64,000 bases of DNA from the NCBI GenBank assembly GCA_051294375.1, contig CM119264.1:18045729-18109728 (forward strand), read 5' to 3'. The position numbers and the translations under genes were made by a program. Of the stretch, positions 1-13,964 are shown one piece after another; positions within the stretch are counted from its first letter, which is position 1, and each line of letters begins with the position of its first letter. Under the pieces are notes generated by a model. It made no database searches, was not told the origin of the DNA, and saw only the letters and a program-made list of their open reading frames with translations. The stretch is from Paraspadella gotoi. Its lineage: Eukaryota > Animalia > Chaetognatha.

Positions 1-75
1 GCTACATTCCCCTCCCTCCCTCGCCCCTACATTCTTCCCTCTTCCTCCCTCTCACGTTCTCCCTTCCTCCCTGAC

Positions 76-120
76 GACGTCACGTGGCGCTGAGGGGGCG
101 TGGAGGAGCGTCACTTCCGG
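76..120. promoter_or_regulatory. Promoter-like motif cluster (CRE/E-box, GC-box, ETS)
   Basis: GACGTCACGTG 76-86, GGGGCGTGG 95-103 and CACTTCCGG 112-120, at a sharp pyrimidine-to-purine skew switch. Confidence 0.45.
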
Positions 121-820
121 TTGAAGGTCGACGTGAACGACTTTGGGTTCCTTTGATGTACTGGTAAACGTTGGGAAAGCGGAGGAGGATGAGGAAATGA
201 GGAAGATGGCGGAAGATGTAGGGGAGGAAGGGAGGAAGGAAGGAGAAAAGAGAAAAGAAAAAGAAGATCATTGAAGAAAAAAGGAGGAAAATTGGAGGAA
301 GGAGGAAAAGAGGGAAAGGAAAGAAAAAAAGGAAGCGAAAACGAGGAGGAAATGGAAAAAAAGGAAAAAAAGGAAGGAAGGAAAAAAGGAAAATGACCGG
401 GAAAAAGAGGACGAGGTCGAAAACGAGGGAATGATGTTCGCGTCGACAGGGAGATGGATTATGAGAGTCTGAAGGAGGAAAAAGTTTGTACGACTTTTTA
501 CAATGTATTTTTTTTGGTAAGAAGTGTTTTACAAAATCAATTTTGGAAAAGATTTTTTAAAAAATAGAAAAAGAGGTGTGGGGAAAAGAAAGGACGAGCA
601 ATGACTGAAAATTGAAGCTGCATTTTGTAGTGACAAGAAAAGAAAGTAACGATTGTTAATTCAATAAGTTGATAAAATTATTCTGAAAATGGGAGGAAAG
701 GAGTAAGAAAAGGAAGGATTGAGTGAAGTTGAGAGGAAATGTCGGTACTCAAGGTCCAGGAAAAAATGGGACAAGGAGAAAAGAGGCGAAAAAATCTGGG
801 GCGGAAAGAAGAAAAGAGGA

Positions 821-1016
821 NNNNNNNNNNNNNNNNNNNNNNNNNNNNNNNNNNNNNNNNNNNNNNNNNNNNNNNNNNNNNNNNNNNNNNNNNNNNNNNN
901 NNNNNNNNNNNNNNNNNNNNNNNNNNNNNNNNNNNNNNNNNNNNNNNNNNNNNNNNNNNNNNNNNNNNNNNNNNNNNNNNNNNNNNNNNNNNNNNNNNNN
1001 NNNNNNNNNNNNNNNN
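821..1016. other. Assembly gap (others: 2739-2808, 15966-15990, 27663-27672, 51177-51366, 51853-51937, 56598-56622, 56950-56974, 59121-59145, 63027-63036)
   Basis: Runs of N. Confidence 1.
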
Positions 1017-2382
1017 CGAGTAAGTCAACAGATAAGGACGATGAGTTGGCGAAGAGGGAAGAAAGCGTAATAAAACTAGAAAGGTGCGAGAATTTAATGC
1101 TTGTGATTAAGAAAAAAAGATATCATTCTCTGTTGGAATCGGAAAACAATAATCACATTTTTGTGAATCACTCTCTAATTTAGAGAAGAAAGGCTTGGCT
1201 GAGTTATGTTGTCTTCATACCAATAATTCACATTTAAGACTTGCAGCCATCATAATTTAGTGTCTTGACTGTTGACACTCGATTACCTATAAATGTTTTT
1301 ATTATCCTTACTGCAGAAAATTGTTTTTACTTCCCACCATCCATTTTATCGAATTCCATCAGATTTATTTTGCTCAAATATCACCTCACTAAACAATCTA
1401 CTCTCGATCCCACAAACAACGTACTGTAGGAATACTATTACAATCCCGCTGTACGACATTTCACTTAAGACTCGTTATAACCGATTCCAACTTTCCTTTG
1501 GTCCGGGCATCCTCGCCAAATAAGCAATTAGCGTAATGAGGCACAGGGAATTTTTGGGAAAAGCGTGAGGGAGAGAAAGCGATGAGAAGATAAAAAATAG
1601 AGAAAGGACGTTAGAATGTGTATGAGAGAGAGAGTGGAGAAGAGGATGGAAGAAATTAAGATAAGAATGAAGTAAGGTAGAGAGATAAAGGAAATGAGGG
1701 AAAGAGAAAAAAATAAGAGTTAAATAAAAGGAAAAAGAGAGTGAGAAAATGGGTAAGGAGTAGGAAAGAAAAAAGAGAAAAAAGAAGAAAGGCAAAGAAA
1801 AAAAAACAAAAAATAAAGTAATAAAAAAGATATATTATAAAAGAGAAAAAAAAGAAGAAAATATAATAAGATAAAAGGGATAAAAATAGAAAAGAGAGAA
1901 AAAATACGAACAAAAATTAAAAAGTGTTGGATAAAGGATAAAGAAAGAAGGGGGAAGAGAAAAATACGAAATAATGGAAAAGTGAGGGAATATAACTTTG
2001 GATTCGGAAAAGATGAATGGACGGAAAGAAAAATGAAAAGGAGAATCGAGGATGGAAGAAAATGAGATGGAAAATAAAGGTAGAAGACAATCGTAGGACT
2101 GAAACAAAGGAACATTGTTTATCAAGACGAAAAAATTATCGGAATGAAAAGATTAAATGGGAAGAAAGGGTAAGGCTTACGAGAAATTTTCTGCTAAAGA
2201 AAAAAATAAGTTGCCAGAGACTGCGCTGCGATGCCAGCGGAAAGGAGAGCGAAACAGTATTAGCATATTTTTGGCGCTGACCCTCCGACGCCTTTTAATA
2301 AAGCAACGCGGGTTTAATGCTCAAAGCAGAAAGCTCCCCCCCCTTGGCTCCCCGGCTTCTCTCTGGTTTTTAGTCGCGGTTT

Positions 2383-2427
<45 letters not shown>

Positions 2428-2916
2428 TCGTCACGGTTCGCTGATTTTTCGACCTACATTTTAATAATCGGCGAATCGCTCGCTTGAAAATTGTTAAGCA
2501 ACTCGATGTTTTTAAACATGGAGGAAAACTTGGTAAAATATGGAAGGAGAATATATGGCGTTTTATTCTAGAAAAAATAAGGAGCTGCTGCCCTCTTCTC
2601 GCTTTTCAACCCCTTTTACTCTCTTTCTTTTCCGCTTTCTCTCTTTTTCTCATCAAATTTTCATTTGTTATCCTCTTTCCTCGCGAATTTCCTTTCGCTC
2701 ATCATCCCGATTTAACCCCCACCACCTCCTCCACCGCTNNNNNNNNNNNNNNNNNNNNNNNNNNNNNNNNNNNNNNNNNNNNNNNNNNNNNNNNNNNNNN
2801 NNNNNNNNTCCTCCACCGCTCCCCCCCCTCATCTCCTCTCTTCCTCTCTCTCTCTCTCTCTCTCCCCCCTCCTCTCTCTCTCTCTCCTCCCTTCTCCTCC
2901 CCTCTCCTCTCTCTCT

Positions 2917-2952
<36 letters not shown>

Positions 2953-3626
2953 CGGCCAAAAAATGTAGCGCGGGGTCGCCCGTTTTATCCCCCAGAGTCC
3001 CTTCTCCGCTAATCTTCGCGCCAAAAGCTCACCCCCTCCCGATTTCCGAGAGAGACAACGGAATAACAACGGAAATCCGCGTATACTATTGGTACAAAGA
3101 TTTTTCCGTTTTACCCCAATTGTCCTCTTCACCAACCATCAAACCCAAACCTCATGAACCCGTTCTCTTTCTTTGCGATGACCACCCCTCTGAAAGCGGT
3201 TTTGCCAATGCACCGCCGCTTCTTTGAAGCCCCCTTTAAAACTCTTCCCCCCAGGACGAACCATCACCATAAGAGCCAGAAGGATTAGCGCTTCTCAAAC
3301 GGCGACGAAAAAACGCCTACGCGGCAGAGATCCAGAGAGAGAGAGGAGAGAGAGAGAGGAGAGAAGAGAGAGAGGAGAGAGAGGAGAGAGAACAGAGAGA
3401 TGTATAGAGGGAGAGAGGAGAGAGATGAGAGAGAGTAGGAGACCTGAGAGAGGTGAAAAGAAAGCGACATAAGCATGGTCGCTTCCACATTGCGTGTGTG
3501 GATGTAACTGGCGAAGAAATATGTTCGCGATCCGTGCGAACGAATAGATAATGGATTCAGCTCCCGAAGTTAATGATTTTAATTTATAAACGAGATGAAG
3601 AGAGAGGAGGAGAGAGAGAGAGAGAT

Positions 3627-3663
<37 letters not shown>

Positions 3664-5341
3664 GACAGAAGATGAGCATGAGAGACTGAGGAGAGAGAGA
3701 TATGCAAGATTCGTTAATATGTTATGAGAATGGAAAGAGGAGCCAGCATTCGAGCAGAGACGTTTCGTTTTTGTTATAAACTTCTTCGTCGTCGTCTTCG
3801 TTGACTTTGTCGTTTTCTTCGTCTTGTTTGTTTGCTTTCATTTACAGGTTATTACTTTTGGTCATCATAGCGCCATCTTTGTGTCGTGAGCGGCGCTTTT
3901 GTTTTCGTCGACGTCGTTCATTTCTTCCTCTTGTTTTTTTCTCTTTGGAATCGTCGTCGTCGTCGTCGTCGTTCGGCATTTCGCTCTTTTATCGTCGCCA
4001 TTTACGGATTATTACTTTCCTGTCGGGCATTGACAACCGTAGCACCCGACGCATATATCTCTCGACGCCCGCAGTAATATTCATGGGCGGTCGACCGAAC
4101 CGATTTGCCCGCGTCTCCAATATGCAAATACAATATTACCTTTTTCCCTCTTACAATAACGGCGCAGGTAGACGCGGCTTGTATTCCTTTGAGTCTCACA
4201 ATGAGCCTATTTTGAGGCTTGGAAGAATTGGCCTTTTGTCAATTGCTGCTCGGAAATTCCGCAGTGGAGAAATAGGTTATGGTTACTGACTGTTGGCTCT
4301 ATATTGTTGTTTCTATTACCATCAAACAGTTTGGTTTGAATGACCCAGGATGACAAAAAAATGAAGAGAAAGAAAACTATTTGTCTTAAAAACTGAACAA
4401 CGGCAACCTGACTGTACGTTGTTACGTCTTTGTTATTTTCTAGTTCACGAAGAACGAATAATCGAGCTTCATAGTCATACCGCGTTTTTAAGCGTTTTTA
4501 TGCGCTTGCTGACTGTATGAGCCTCTTAAATTTCGTCGTTCTCATGATCGTCTTGGCTGTATTAGTAGTCGTCGTCGTCGTCGTCGTGGTCGTCGTCGTC
4601 GTCTACTTTGACGAATTTCGTAATAAGTTCCGGATTAGTTGTGTCCACAGGATCGTTTTCCTTGCAAGAGAAACATAAGAAGAAGAAAATTCGGATTTAA
4701 AAAACAAAAGGAGATTAAATTTTAATTTCTGTCGGTGCTCTGCGAATCGTGATGCTTGTATGTTAGTTTGGTAACGTAGCAAACCCAATAAAGTCCAGCC
4801 ATACCAGTCACAGGATAATTGTCATACTCATCGTCATCGTCGATATTGTATCAGTAATTCTGTTAGAGTCGAAGAAGTTCTATTCCTTTTACTGTTTATT
4901 TTCGCCATCTTCTTCGTTGTCCTCTTTGTCGTCTCTATCTCTCTCTTCGAAGTTGTCTTCTTTGTCGTCTCTGTCTCTCTCTTCGAAGTTGTCTTCAGCT
5001 TCCTTTCGTCATCGTCATCGTTTTCGAATCCCTCAACCTTCCCGTCGACCTCGTTCGCGCCATAAAAACGAAGCGACGCTTCGACGTCGTCGACCCCGAT
5101 AACCGTTGGCGCCGCCGTCGCAATTTCCGGCGCCAACCGAGCGGCTTCCAATCGGCGTCTTCGATCCAAGCGACGTTTGCCAACGCCAAAACGCCAACCG
5201 CCAACGCCATTCACGTCATTGACGCCATTGACTGCATCAAAAGGTGAGAAAACGGAATTGGCTTCCTTCGCATTCCATTAAGTCTGATTCCTATTTGTCG
5301 GATCATTGAGGCAAAGGCGTTGGCGATCCTTCCATCTTTTG

Positions 5342-5486
<145 letters not shown>

Positions 5487-5615
5487 TCCTCTTTTTCTTC
5501 TACTCCGTCTCGCACTCTCCCTTGGGTCATTGCAAGGTTCCATCTTCCACCTGTAACGTCGTAACGACGTTTCCACAGTCTCGTTGTTGTCTCGTCTGAT
5601 GTGGAAGAGAGGTCG

Positions 5616-5850
5616 TTGACGTCGTCGTCGTCTTCATCGTTGACGTCGTCGTTGTCTTCGTCATTGACGTCGTCGTCGTCTTCGTCGTTGACGTCGTCGT
5701 CGTCTTCGTCGTTGACGTCGTCGTCGTCTTCGTCGTATTCGTCGTCTTTATTGTTGATGTCGAATTTGTTATTGTCGGTGTCGTCTTCGTCTTTATTGTT
5801 GGTTTCGTCGTCGTCTTCGTCTTTATTGTTGGTGTCGTCGTCGTCGTTCG
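5616..5850. repeat. Higher-order 24-bp and ~30-bp repeats derived from (GTC)n
   Basis: gttgacgtcgtcgtcgtcttcgtc occurs about 5 times, followed by ctttattgttg..tcgtcgtcttcgt units. Confidence 0.8.
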
Positions 5851-6524
5851 CCTTCCTTGTCGTCGTTATCTTCAATGTTCTGTATGTAGAATGTTTAAAA
5901 ACTGCTTGTTGGTTTACGTTAAGAATATAACGAAACAAAACAAAAACACAAAAAAAACATTGCTTGCAAAATTTCCGTGAGGTTTCACCGCCATCGGGCG
6001 ATTCTATGTTGCGGAAATCTGGAAGTGAGGTTTTTCACCCTCGAGATGTTGGGTCGCCTCGAGTCGAGCAGAGAACGATCCTTCCTTTATCGATCTCACT
6101 TTTTTCGAGACTTCGATTTCCTGACCTCGAGAATCCATTTCGCGAAAGGGGCGCCCCTACCGCCTTAACGGTGGGAGTGGAACCGAAATCCTTTCCCTTT
6201 CTCGTTACAAATCTCCCACCTTCAGAATCGAGTCCCATCTCAACTCAGCCTCGCCCTAAATTTCTCTTCACCCTTACCTCACCCAACCTTACCCGCCAAA
6301 CCCCCCCTTTCAGGATTTCTCTCTTCTAATCCCGGAAAAGGGATTTCGCGAAATTTATGTCCCGTCAAAGGCTTCCGTTCATTTTCGTCATGCCTCCTCA
6401 TATTCTCACGTTTATTGATGCCGTAAAACTGAAATTCAAAAGCTTTTTTATTATTTTTTTTCTTCCTACTTCCTGTTGGTTGCTCGAACGGGGCGCTAGG
6501 AGAGAAGAGAGAGAGCAGAAAGAC

Positions 6525-6621
<97 letters not shown>

Positions 6622-6645
6622 AAGAGAGAGAGAGAAGAGAGAGAT

Positions 6646-6695
<50 letters not shown>

Positions 6696-7029
6696 GACAT
6701 AGAGAGAAGCGTTGGTTTCAGCTGAGCCAGAAAAGAAGAAACAAAACAAAAGGGAGGCGTCGTTGCTGAGATGGTGGAACCAGAAAAGATATTTCATGTG
6801 ATTTAATAGTTGACAACAAAATTTATTTCTTTTGCTTTATTTACAAATTTAATTTTCACCAAAAAATGTCGAAATTGGGTTCGTCACGGTCGTGATATTT
6901 CCTTTTAAAAACACCATTTCTCGTTTCTCGTAAGATCAAGAAAACTACTGACCTCCTTCAAAGATTGAGAAAAGTCGATGTCAAAGGAAAACTCCACCCA
7001 AACAGATCGCGATCCGGCGAACCGCTTAC

Positions 7030-7135
7030 CCAAACCTCTCACCCGAACCTCTCTCCCAAACCTCTCTCCCAAACCTCTCTCCCAAACTTCTCTCCCAAAC
7101 CTCTCTTCCAAACCGCCCCCCCAACCTCTCTCAAC
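7030..7135. repeat. 13-bp tandem repeat (CCAAACCTCTCTC)n
   Basis: About 7 degenerate copies are visible. Confidence 0.8.
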
Positions 7136-7244
7136 CTTCTATCAACGACGAATAACTTTTCTGGCCTCAACCCTATCTCCTCCCATGAGATAAAATCTCC
7201 ATTCCCGCGCCACCGAAAGCTTTCTCTCTCTCTCTTCTCTCTCT

Positions 7245-7320
<76 letters not shown>

Positions 7321-8429
7321 CAAGCGCGCGCGGCGTCCCGCTTTAAAATTTTCGTCACTCGATAAAGACTAAAAGCCTGGCCCTTCAATCTCTGTTTCGC
7401 TTCTCACTCCCTCTCTCTCTCCCTCCCCCGATTTCTCAGCCTCCCTCTCTTTTCCCGACACGAGTTTCCCTTCGCTGTAGCAATTGTGATCTCATTCCGA
7501 TATGCAAATGAGATTGAAGCCGCCTTCTTGGGCCAAATGAAGATGGGGCAGCCTCGCCGCGGCGCCTGGGAGGCCGAGGGTGGGCGGCGGGAGATGAGGG
7601 TGGTGGAGACGACGATTCAGAGAAGATGGTAGTTGGTGGTCGGGTGACCAAATCGGGGATGTAATTATCTCCGATGCGGCGGCTTAAAAGGTGGGATCAT
7701 GGGTGGCTGGGCGAGGGGCGGGGAGAGACTGAGATTTGATTCGAGTCTTTTTCGACACTGAGTGTAGGAGTGGGTCACAGATGAAGCAGACTGGAAAGTG
7801 CGAAGTTTGAAAATCGAAAAAAGTCTTGAAAGTTGAAAGTAGAAAGTAAATCGGGAATTTCGATCTGGTTAATAGGCTTCGCTGAGATGAGGTCGGTCGG
7901 CGGGGGCATTGCTTCGGCGTCGGCGACGTCGGCGGGCGAATGTGGTATTCGCAGCAGCGCCGAGTGTTTCAGAAGCGGGCGGACGCAGCAGCGGAAACGG
8001 CGCGGGCGCCGCAGAGACGCGGAAAGGCGAGAGGCGAGGGTCAAACCGACGAACTTTGACCCGGCGACCCGAGTTTGACCTCGCGACGACCTCGCCTTAT
8101 CCCACATCCCGAGACCGCGGGCCTGAAGAGCTGGGGGAGTGGGGAGCCGAGGAGAGCGGGGAAAAGGGGATGGAGGGAGGAAAGGTCAATATTATGGGAA
8201 CGATATTGAGCAATATAAATAAACATATAAAGGGCAAAAAGATCCGACCCAGGGAATGAATGTGACGGATCAGGATTGATTGACGACGGGGATGAAGTGG
8301 CGGTCGGGGCTCGATGATGTCGGAGTGATGGGGTGCTGGAGTTGTGATGATTCGATGATGTGATGACGCCTTTTGACGATGACTGCCATAGAAAATCGAA
8401 TAAGAGAGACGCTTCTTTAAAAAAATATT

Positions 8430-8715
8430 ACAAATTTATTGTTATTCTAATTCAGCGTTTTTTCAGTGGGTTGTAGTAGATTTATATAAGTCGATAAATT
8501 CGATAAGAGTTTACTTTGCTTGAAGGGATCAGAGGAAAAAAATCCTATATAGCTCCCAGACAAAGTACACCCACTTTTGATTTTGGAAGTTGACTCACTG
8601 TATAAAATCCCAGGGGTCCCTAATATCCTGACTTAGTTGGGCTATTTTACATATAAACTGCGTGGCGCTGTCGATGAAATTCGAACCCACGCCTATGAAA
8701 TCGCAGAGAGAGTTG
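8430..8715 (-). mobile_element. Degenerate tRNA-derived SINE-like fragment
   Basis: Minus-strand GGCGTGGGTTCGAATT (8678-8693) matches the T-arm/B-box of Leu/Ser-type tRNAs. It is followed by about 230 bp of non-repetitive body ending near AATAAA. No intact A-box or cloverleaf. Confidence 0.35.
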
Positions 8716-11357
8716 CCGATTCTCAGCCTCCATCCTGCACAGTGCACGGCCTACCCTCTCCCATTCCGCATCCACTCCCGATCGCCCATCTACCCCACTT
8801 CTCATGGCACCGCGCTAACTTCCTCTAATGGGTCCGAGGTTTTTTTTTTATCTCCTTTAGTCTATTTATCAACGACGAGGAAATATACTACGGCTTTGAA
8901 ACGGTGGACCCGGGAATAAGGCTTGGAAGGAGATGGGCGAAGGGGGGGGAGGGTTGATAAAGGCGAGGGGGGGTTAGACTCTCTTGGATTGATTTAGGAA
9001 GAGGATAAGACATCGACGGGTGGTGGCGGTCGTGTTCGAATCAAAGGGTGAGGGAACAAGTTTGATAAGGATATTAACGAAAGAAAATAAAGCTCGGAAC
9101 TTGGGTTGATTTCAGAAAATAACGGGTCAGGGTTATGATCGGGAAGAGAGATAAACCGGTGAAGGTGGTCGGAACCACGGTAGAGGTCGTAGTGGTGTAG
9201 TCGAGGAAAGTCGCGCGAAAATGGAGTCGGTTTTGCGGAGGAAGAGAAGCAAATGAAGCGGGAAAAATGGAGAGAACGGAAAATGAAGGGAGAAAAAAAA
9301 GAGAATGAGTTTTTTTTTTAGGGTTAAGACTGAAGAGGGAGTTCTAGAGAGAATAAAGAAGGAATAAAAGAGAGAAAAAAGAGAATAAAAGTTATAGTTT
9401 TGTAGCCGAAAAAAGGAATAATGAGTTACTGAGTCAACTCAAACTCAAAATTGTACGAAGTAGAACATTTCGGGAAACTTCGGAAACTTTTTCGAAAAAT
9501 TACGTAAAAGTCTGCGAGTTTTTTCCGAAAAAATTAAGAAGAAGCTAACGCTTTACGCCTTTTCGTATATATATGGCACAATAAATGAAAGAGCATTAAA
9601 TTTGGGCCAAAGCGCTTTGCGAGATTGGGTCAACTTAGAGAGAGATTGCGAAGAGGCACTTATTTTAGGAGATGATCCACCCATTTGCGGTCGATGAGGC
9701 TGCATCCATGGTGGAGGGAGCTGTTCTCGGTAAAGAAAAAAAAAAGAAAAAAAATGATGAATTCTTCGCTGGCGTTTTATATCTTCTTAAAATCGAAAAA
9801 GCAACGATGATGACCAAGCTTCACAAAGAAAAAAATTCTAAGCTACGAACATGCCGACGACGATGACGACGAAAACGACGACGAAAGCGACGACGATTCC
9901 TTTCCCATCCGCGGCGTCATTAGTATCGGGAGAATCTTCGAACAACAACTCGGAGGAATAAGATGAAGAGGAGCAAGAGGAAGTCGGCGCCAACCCAAAA
10001 TAATTAGTGGAAAAAAAAACAACGACTGGCGTAGAAACCGTCAGCAGATTCGGGACCGAAATCGGTGGACGGCCATTGTCGAACTATTTGTCGAGCTGTT
10101 GTCGAGCGTCGAGAGAGAGAGAGATTGGGTGATTTTCAGGCAATCGGCGAGTCATTGAATGATGATTGTTGGGAAATTGTTAATAGATTTGCACATGCAC
10201 TCCTCCAAAAAAAAAAAAAAAAATCGGATTCAACTGAGAACAAATAACAGAAACTACTCCAATTCGAAAAAGATTTTTGTTTCGATAAAAATAGAAAAAA
10301 AAATATCAAAAATCGATAAATGCACTTGAAGTCTAATCCTTTGAACTCTTTCAGCTTCAGTTCGAGAATTGGAAAACTGATGATTCGCCGTTAAGCTTTT
10401 GTTTCGCGATTATGATTCCAATACGATATCTCCGTATTTCTCAAATGCGAATCGAAAGGAGAAAATTTATTCTGACGAAAAAAAAACCGAACAAGAAAGA
10501 AAAAGAGTCGATTAATAAAGAAAAAATATAAATATGTAAGTGAAAAAGCTACTAATTGGGGAATGTAGGAAGGGGAAAAAAAAGGAAATTAAAGGCCAAG
10601 AAAAATGAAGAAGAAAAATAAATAGAAAGAAAAAAGAATAGAAAAGAATTAAAGAATTAACGATGAAAAAAAAAATCTACACGGACGCCGTAAGATGGAA
10701 GCTTCTGTGGTTTATAGACACAATTTAGATTTGCATGAGAAATCGCCTTCGCTTTCGATCTCTTCCTCACATGCTTCCTCTTCCTTTCCTTTCTCCCTTC
10801 CTCCCTTCCTCAAATGCTTCCTCCTCCTTTCCTTTCTCCCTTCCTCCTTTCAACCCTTCCTCCCTTCCTCCCTTCCTCCCTTCCTCCCTTCCACCACTTT
10901 CTTCCTCGCCCTCCAGCGAAAGAGTTACGCCCGAGATAATTCGTTGTAGGTGGCGAAACTAGAATTGAGATGAACAACGACGCAGATGACGACGACAACA
11001 TCGACGATGACGACAACGACGACTGCGAAACGACGACGACGAAGAAAATGAACTAAAGAAAAGAAAAGAAATCAAATAAATTTGAATGAATATTAAATTG
11101 CGATGACGAAAACGATGACGACGTCGTTAGGATTGAGCATCGACAGAAAACTTGCAAGTCATCAACGGATTATTTATGATAAGATGGATTCGAAGCCTTC
11201 TTCCACGTGGAGTCTCTTACTGGCGTGACCACATGGATCTCTTTTGGTGTTGGCGTTGCCGTTGCCTGTGGCGTTGGCGTTGGCGTTGAGACTGCCAGCG
11301 GCATGGTTTCAGTCAATCGACGAAAGTGATCTGGTTAATCTGAGATGCGGTTATTCG

Positions 11358-11407
<50 letters not shown>

Positions 11408-11632
11408 CTCTCGCTCTCTCGCTCTCTCGCTCTCTCGCTCTCTCGCTTCATCAGAAATATTCGAGGCGCTTCTTTATTTTATTTATAAAAAAAATTACAA
11501 CGGCCATAATTTAACAAAGAACTTTTTTTCCTTTCGGTCTCTAATTAATCTCTCCGACATTCAATATTATGTGGGACTAAAAGAAGCGTCGTCTTCCATT
11601 ATTACCAATTTTTTTTCTTCAGCACCAGCGAT

Positions 11633-11735
<103 letters not shown>

Positions 11736-11852
11736 AGATCTCGCGCGCGATGAGTTGTGTGCGGATCTCCTTGGATCTCATTTGCATATCAAAAGCGGCC
11801 GAAACACGAGTTCAATGCCAACCGAGTTTTGGAGTCCGGCAGAGCCGAGAGA

Positions 11853-11909
<57 letters not shown>

Positions 11910-12232
11910 CCCCACTGTCATGTAATCTCTAACGGCCCAGCATCTTTCTGCCTCTCGTTTAATATCAAAGAGGAATTAAAACCGCGAGTTTTTGCAAAAT
12001 GAAATTCGGTTCTCGAATAAAACGAAAAAGTTATCGGCGACTAATTGGCTTAATAATTTGGACAATGATTAGAGGGTGCGAATTTATGCAAGAATTGAAT
12101 TAATACAAGGAATGAGAACAACCTTAAACTGTTTAAAGTATTCAAATTCGATGTAATATAAATCGTTAAACAATAAAAATTAACTATTTTTCTCCTTTTT
12201 TCCTGCAGTAACCTTTTGACAGATATGTCTGC

Positions 12233-12352
12233 TATGTAATTATTTGTAAGAGTGATGGAGGCCTTAAACCACCAAAGCCTGTCCAAAGTCAGGGGCAAGA
12301 TAGCTTATTTATTAAATGAATGGATAATTTTTTATTGGTTGTACCAATTTCA
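12233..12352 (-). mobile_element. End fragment of an interspersed repeat (also at about 16394-16516 in the duplicate)
   Basis: The reverse complement matches 20077-20198 with substitutions. Similarity ends sharply at ttggttgtaccaatttca, and the same terminal ~20-mer recurs at 46326-46345. Confidence 0.6.
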
Positions 12353-12701
12353 TATTATTATTAGTTGTCTGAGAATGGTGTCAATTTGACTGAAATCAAC
12401 TGAAATTTGAAAATTTTACTGTTTCGTTAAAATTTAGGTTATTGACTTGTTCCCATGTCACTTACCTTCATCAGTTCCGACCTTAACCTCATTCTTGATC
12501 TCTCTTCCTCCATTCCTCCCTCACTTCTTTCCCTCCTCTTTCTTTCTCTCACCCGACTCACACGGTCCGTGAGAACATCGGCTCCTCCTCAACTCATTGC
12601 CTTCTGAATCCTTCCTTCATAAGACAAAAGCATTTTCACCGAGGACCATTGGGAGCTCCATCAAGGAACCTCGGCCCGAGGATCGCCTTTCCCTCCTTCC
12701 A

Positions 12702-12762
<61 letters not shown>

Positions 12763-12985
12763 CTTTTTTTTTTCTTCTTCTTCTTTCTTTCTTTTCTTTC
12801 TTTTTATATCTTTGCCTTTAACATTCTCTTTCAAATTATCGTTGTCTTCCTCTCTCTCCCAAGTTTATTCCTGTGTTTTTTACTTTCTATCTCATCCCAT
12901 CTTATCTCTATAAAATAGTAAGTATATCATCCAATCTCGTCGCTCGCTCTCTGTCTTCCCCTCTCGCGCCTGTTTCATCTTAGAA

Positions 12986-13053
<68 letters not shown>

Positions 13054-13683
13054 TCCATCCTCCACGCCCCCTCCCTTCCCACGCTCGCCCATTGTTTCCC
13101 GTGATACTCGGTGGAGCGGGCCAACCGAAGAAATTGGATCCGCTAAACAAATCCCAAACAATTCCCGACGAAAGCAGACTGGTTTTCGTGTCGTTGTTGC
13201 CGAGTCGAGATTTGAAGAGACAACCGGTAACTTTCAAAATTTCAATACAAAAATCTTAATCTTAATAATTACTTGATTTAGGAAAAAAAAAACCGTAATC
13301 GAAATTATTTAGTTTACTACCGAGATTGCTTATTTAACTATTTAACTGCCTCGGTTATCCAATATCCATTCCACTTTTCATCTCAACTTTCCGTCGCTCA
13401 TAAACACTAATGCGAAATCCGCGCCCTTGAGATCCTTCGAGCCGACGCCGCTTTAAATGGAATTTAAGAAACGGACTTTTGCATATAACATTTTCACATT
13501 GCGTCGAATCGAAATGACTGACGTCGAAAATTGTTTAATCTTCGTTGAAAAAAGGAAAGTACGGGTCGTCGACCTCGTTGTTTAATATTAATATCTCTTG
13601 TCCTCGTTTTCCGTCAATCAAGAAAAAAGAACAACGACAACATCGATTACCTTTTTTTTATTTCCTACGTACTTGTTTTCTCC

Positions 13684-13728
13684 GTCGTCGTCGTCGTCGT
13701 CGTCGTCGGTCGTCGTCGTCGTCGTCGT

Positions 13729-13765
<37 letters not shown>

Positions 13766-13777
13766 GTCGTCGTCGTC
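13684..13777. repeat. (GTC)n microsatellite, representative of many GAC/GTC tracts (e.g. 2384-2426, 21950-22200, 33370-33425)
   Basis: Directly visible. Confidence 0.95.
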
Positions 13778-13884
13778 ATCACTCTCAAGTCCCTCTTTCC
13801 CGTTTTTCGATGCCACTTTTTCCCCCTCCAGATCACCTGCTGGTATTTTTCTCTGATTAAAAGAAGCTAGTTTCTCTCTTCCTC

Positions 13885-13964
<80 letters not shown>

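Noticed and set aside
12455-12520. Strong minus-strand donor AAG|GTAAGT after MEEERSRMRLRSELMK (similar isolated donors near 15240, 55885, 57115)
   Set aside because: No matching acceptor, partner exon or homology; isolated consensus donors are expected by chance in 64 kb.
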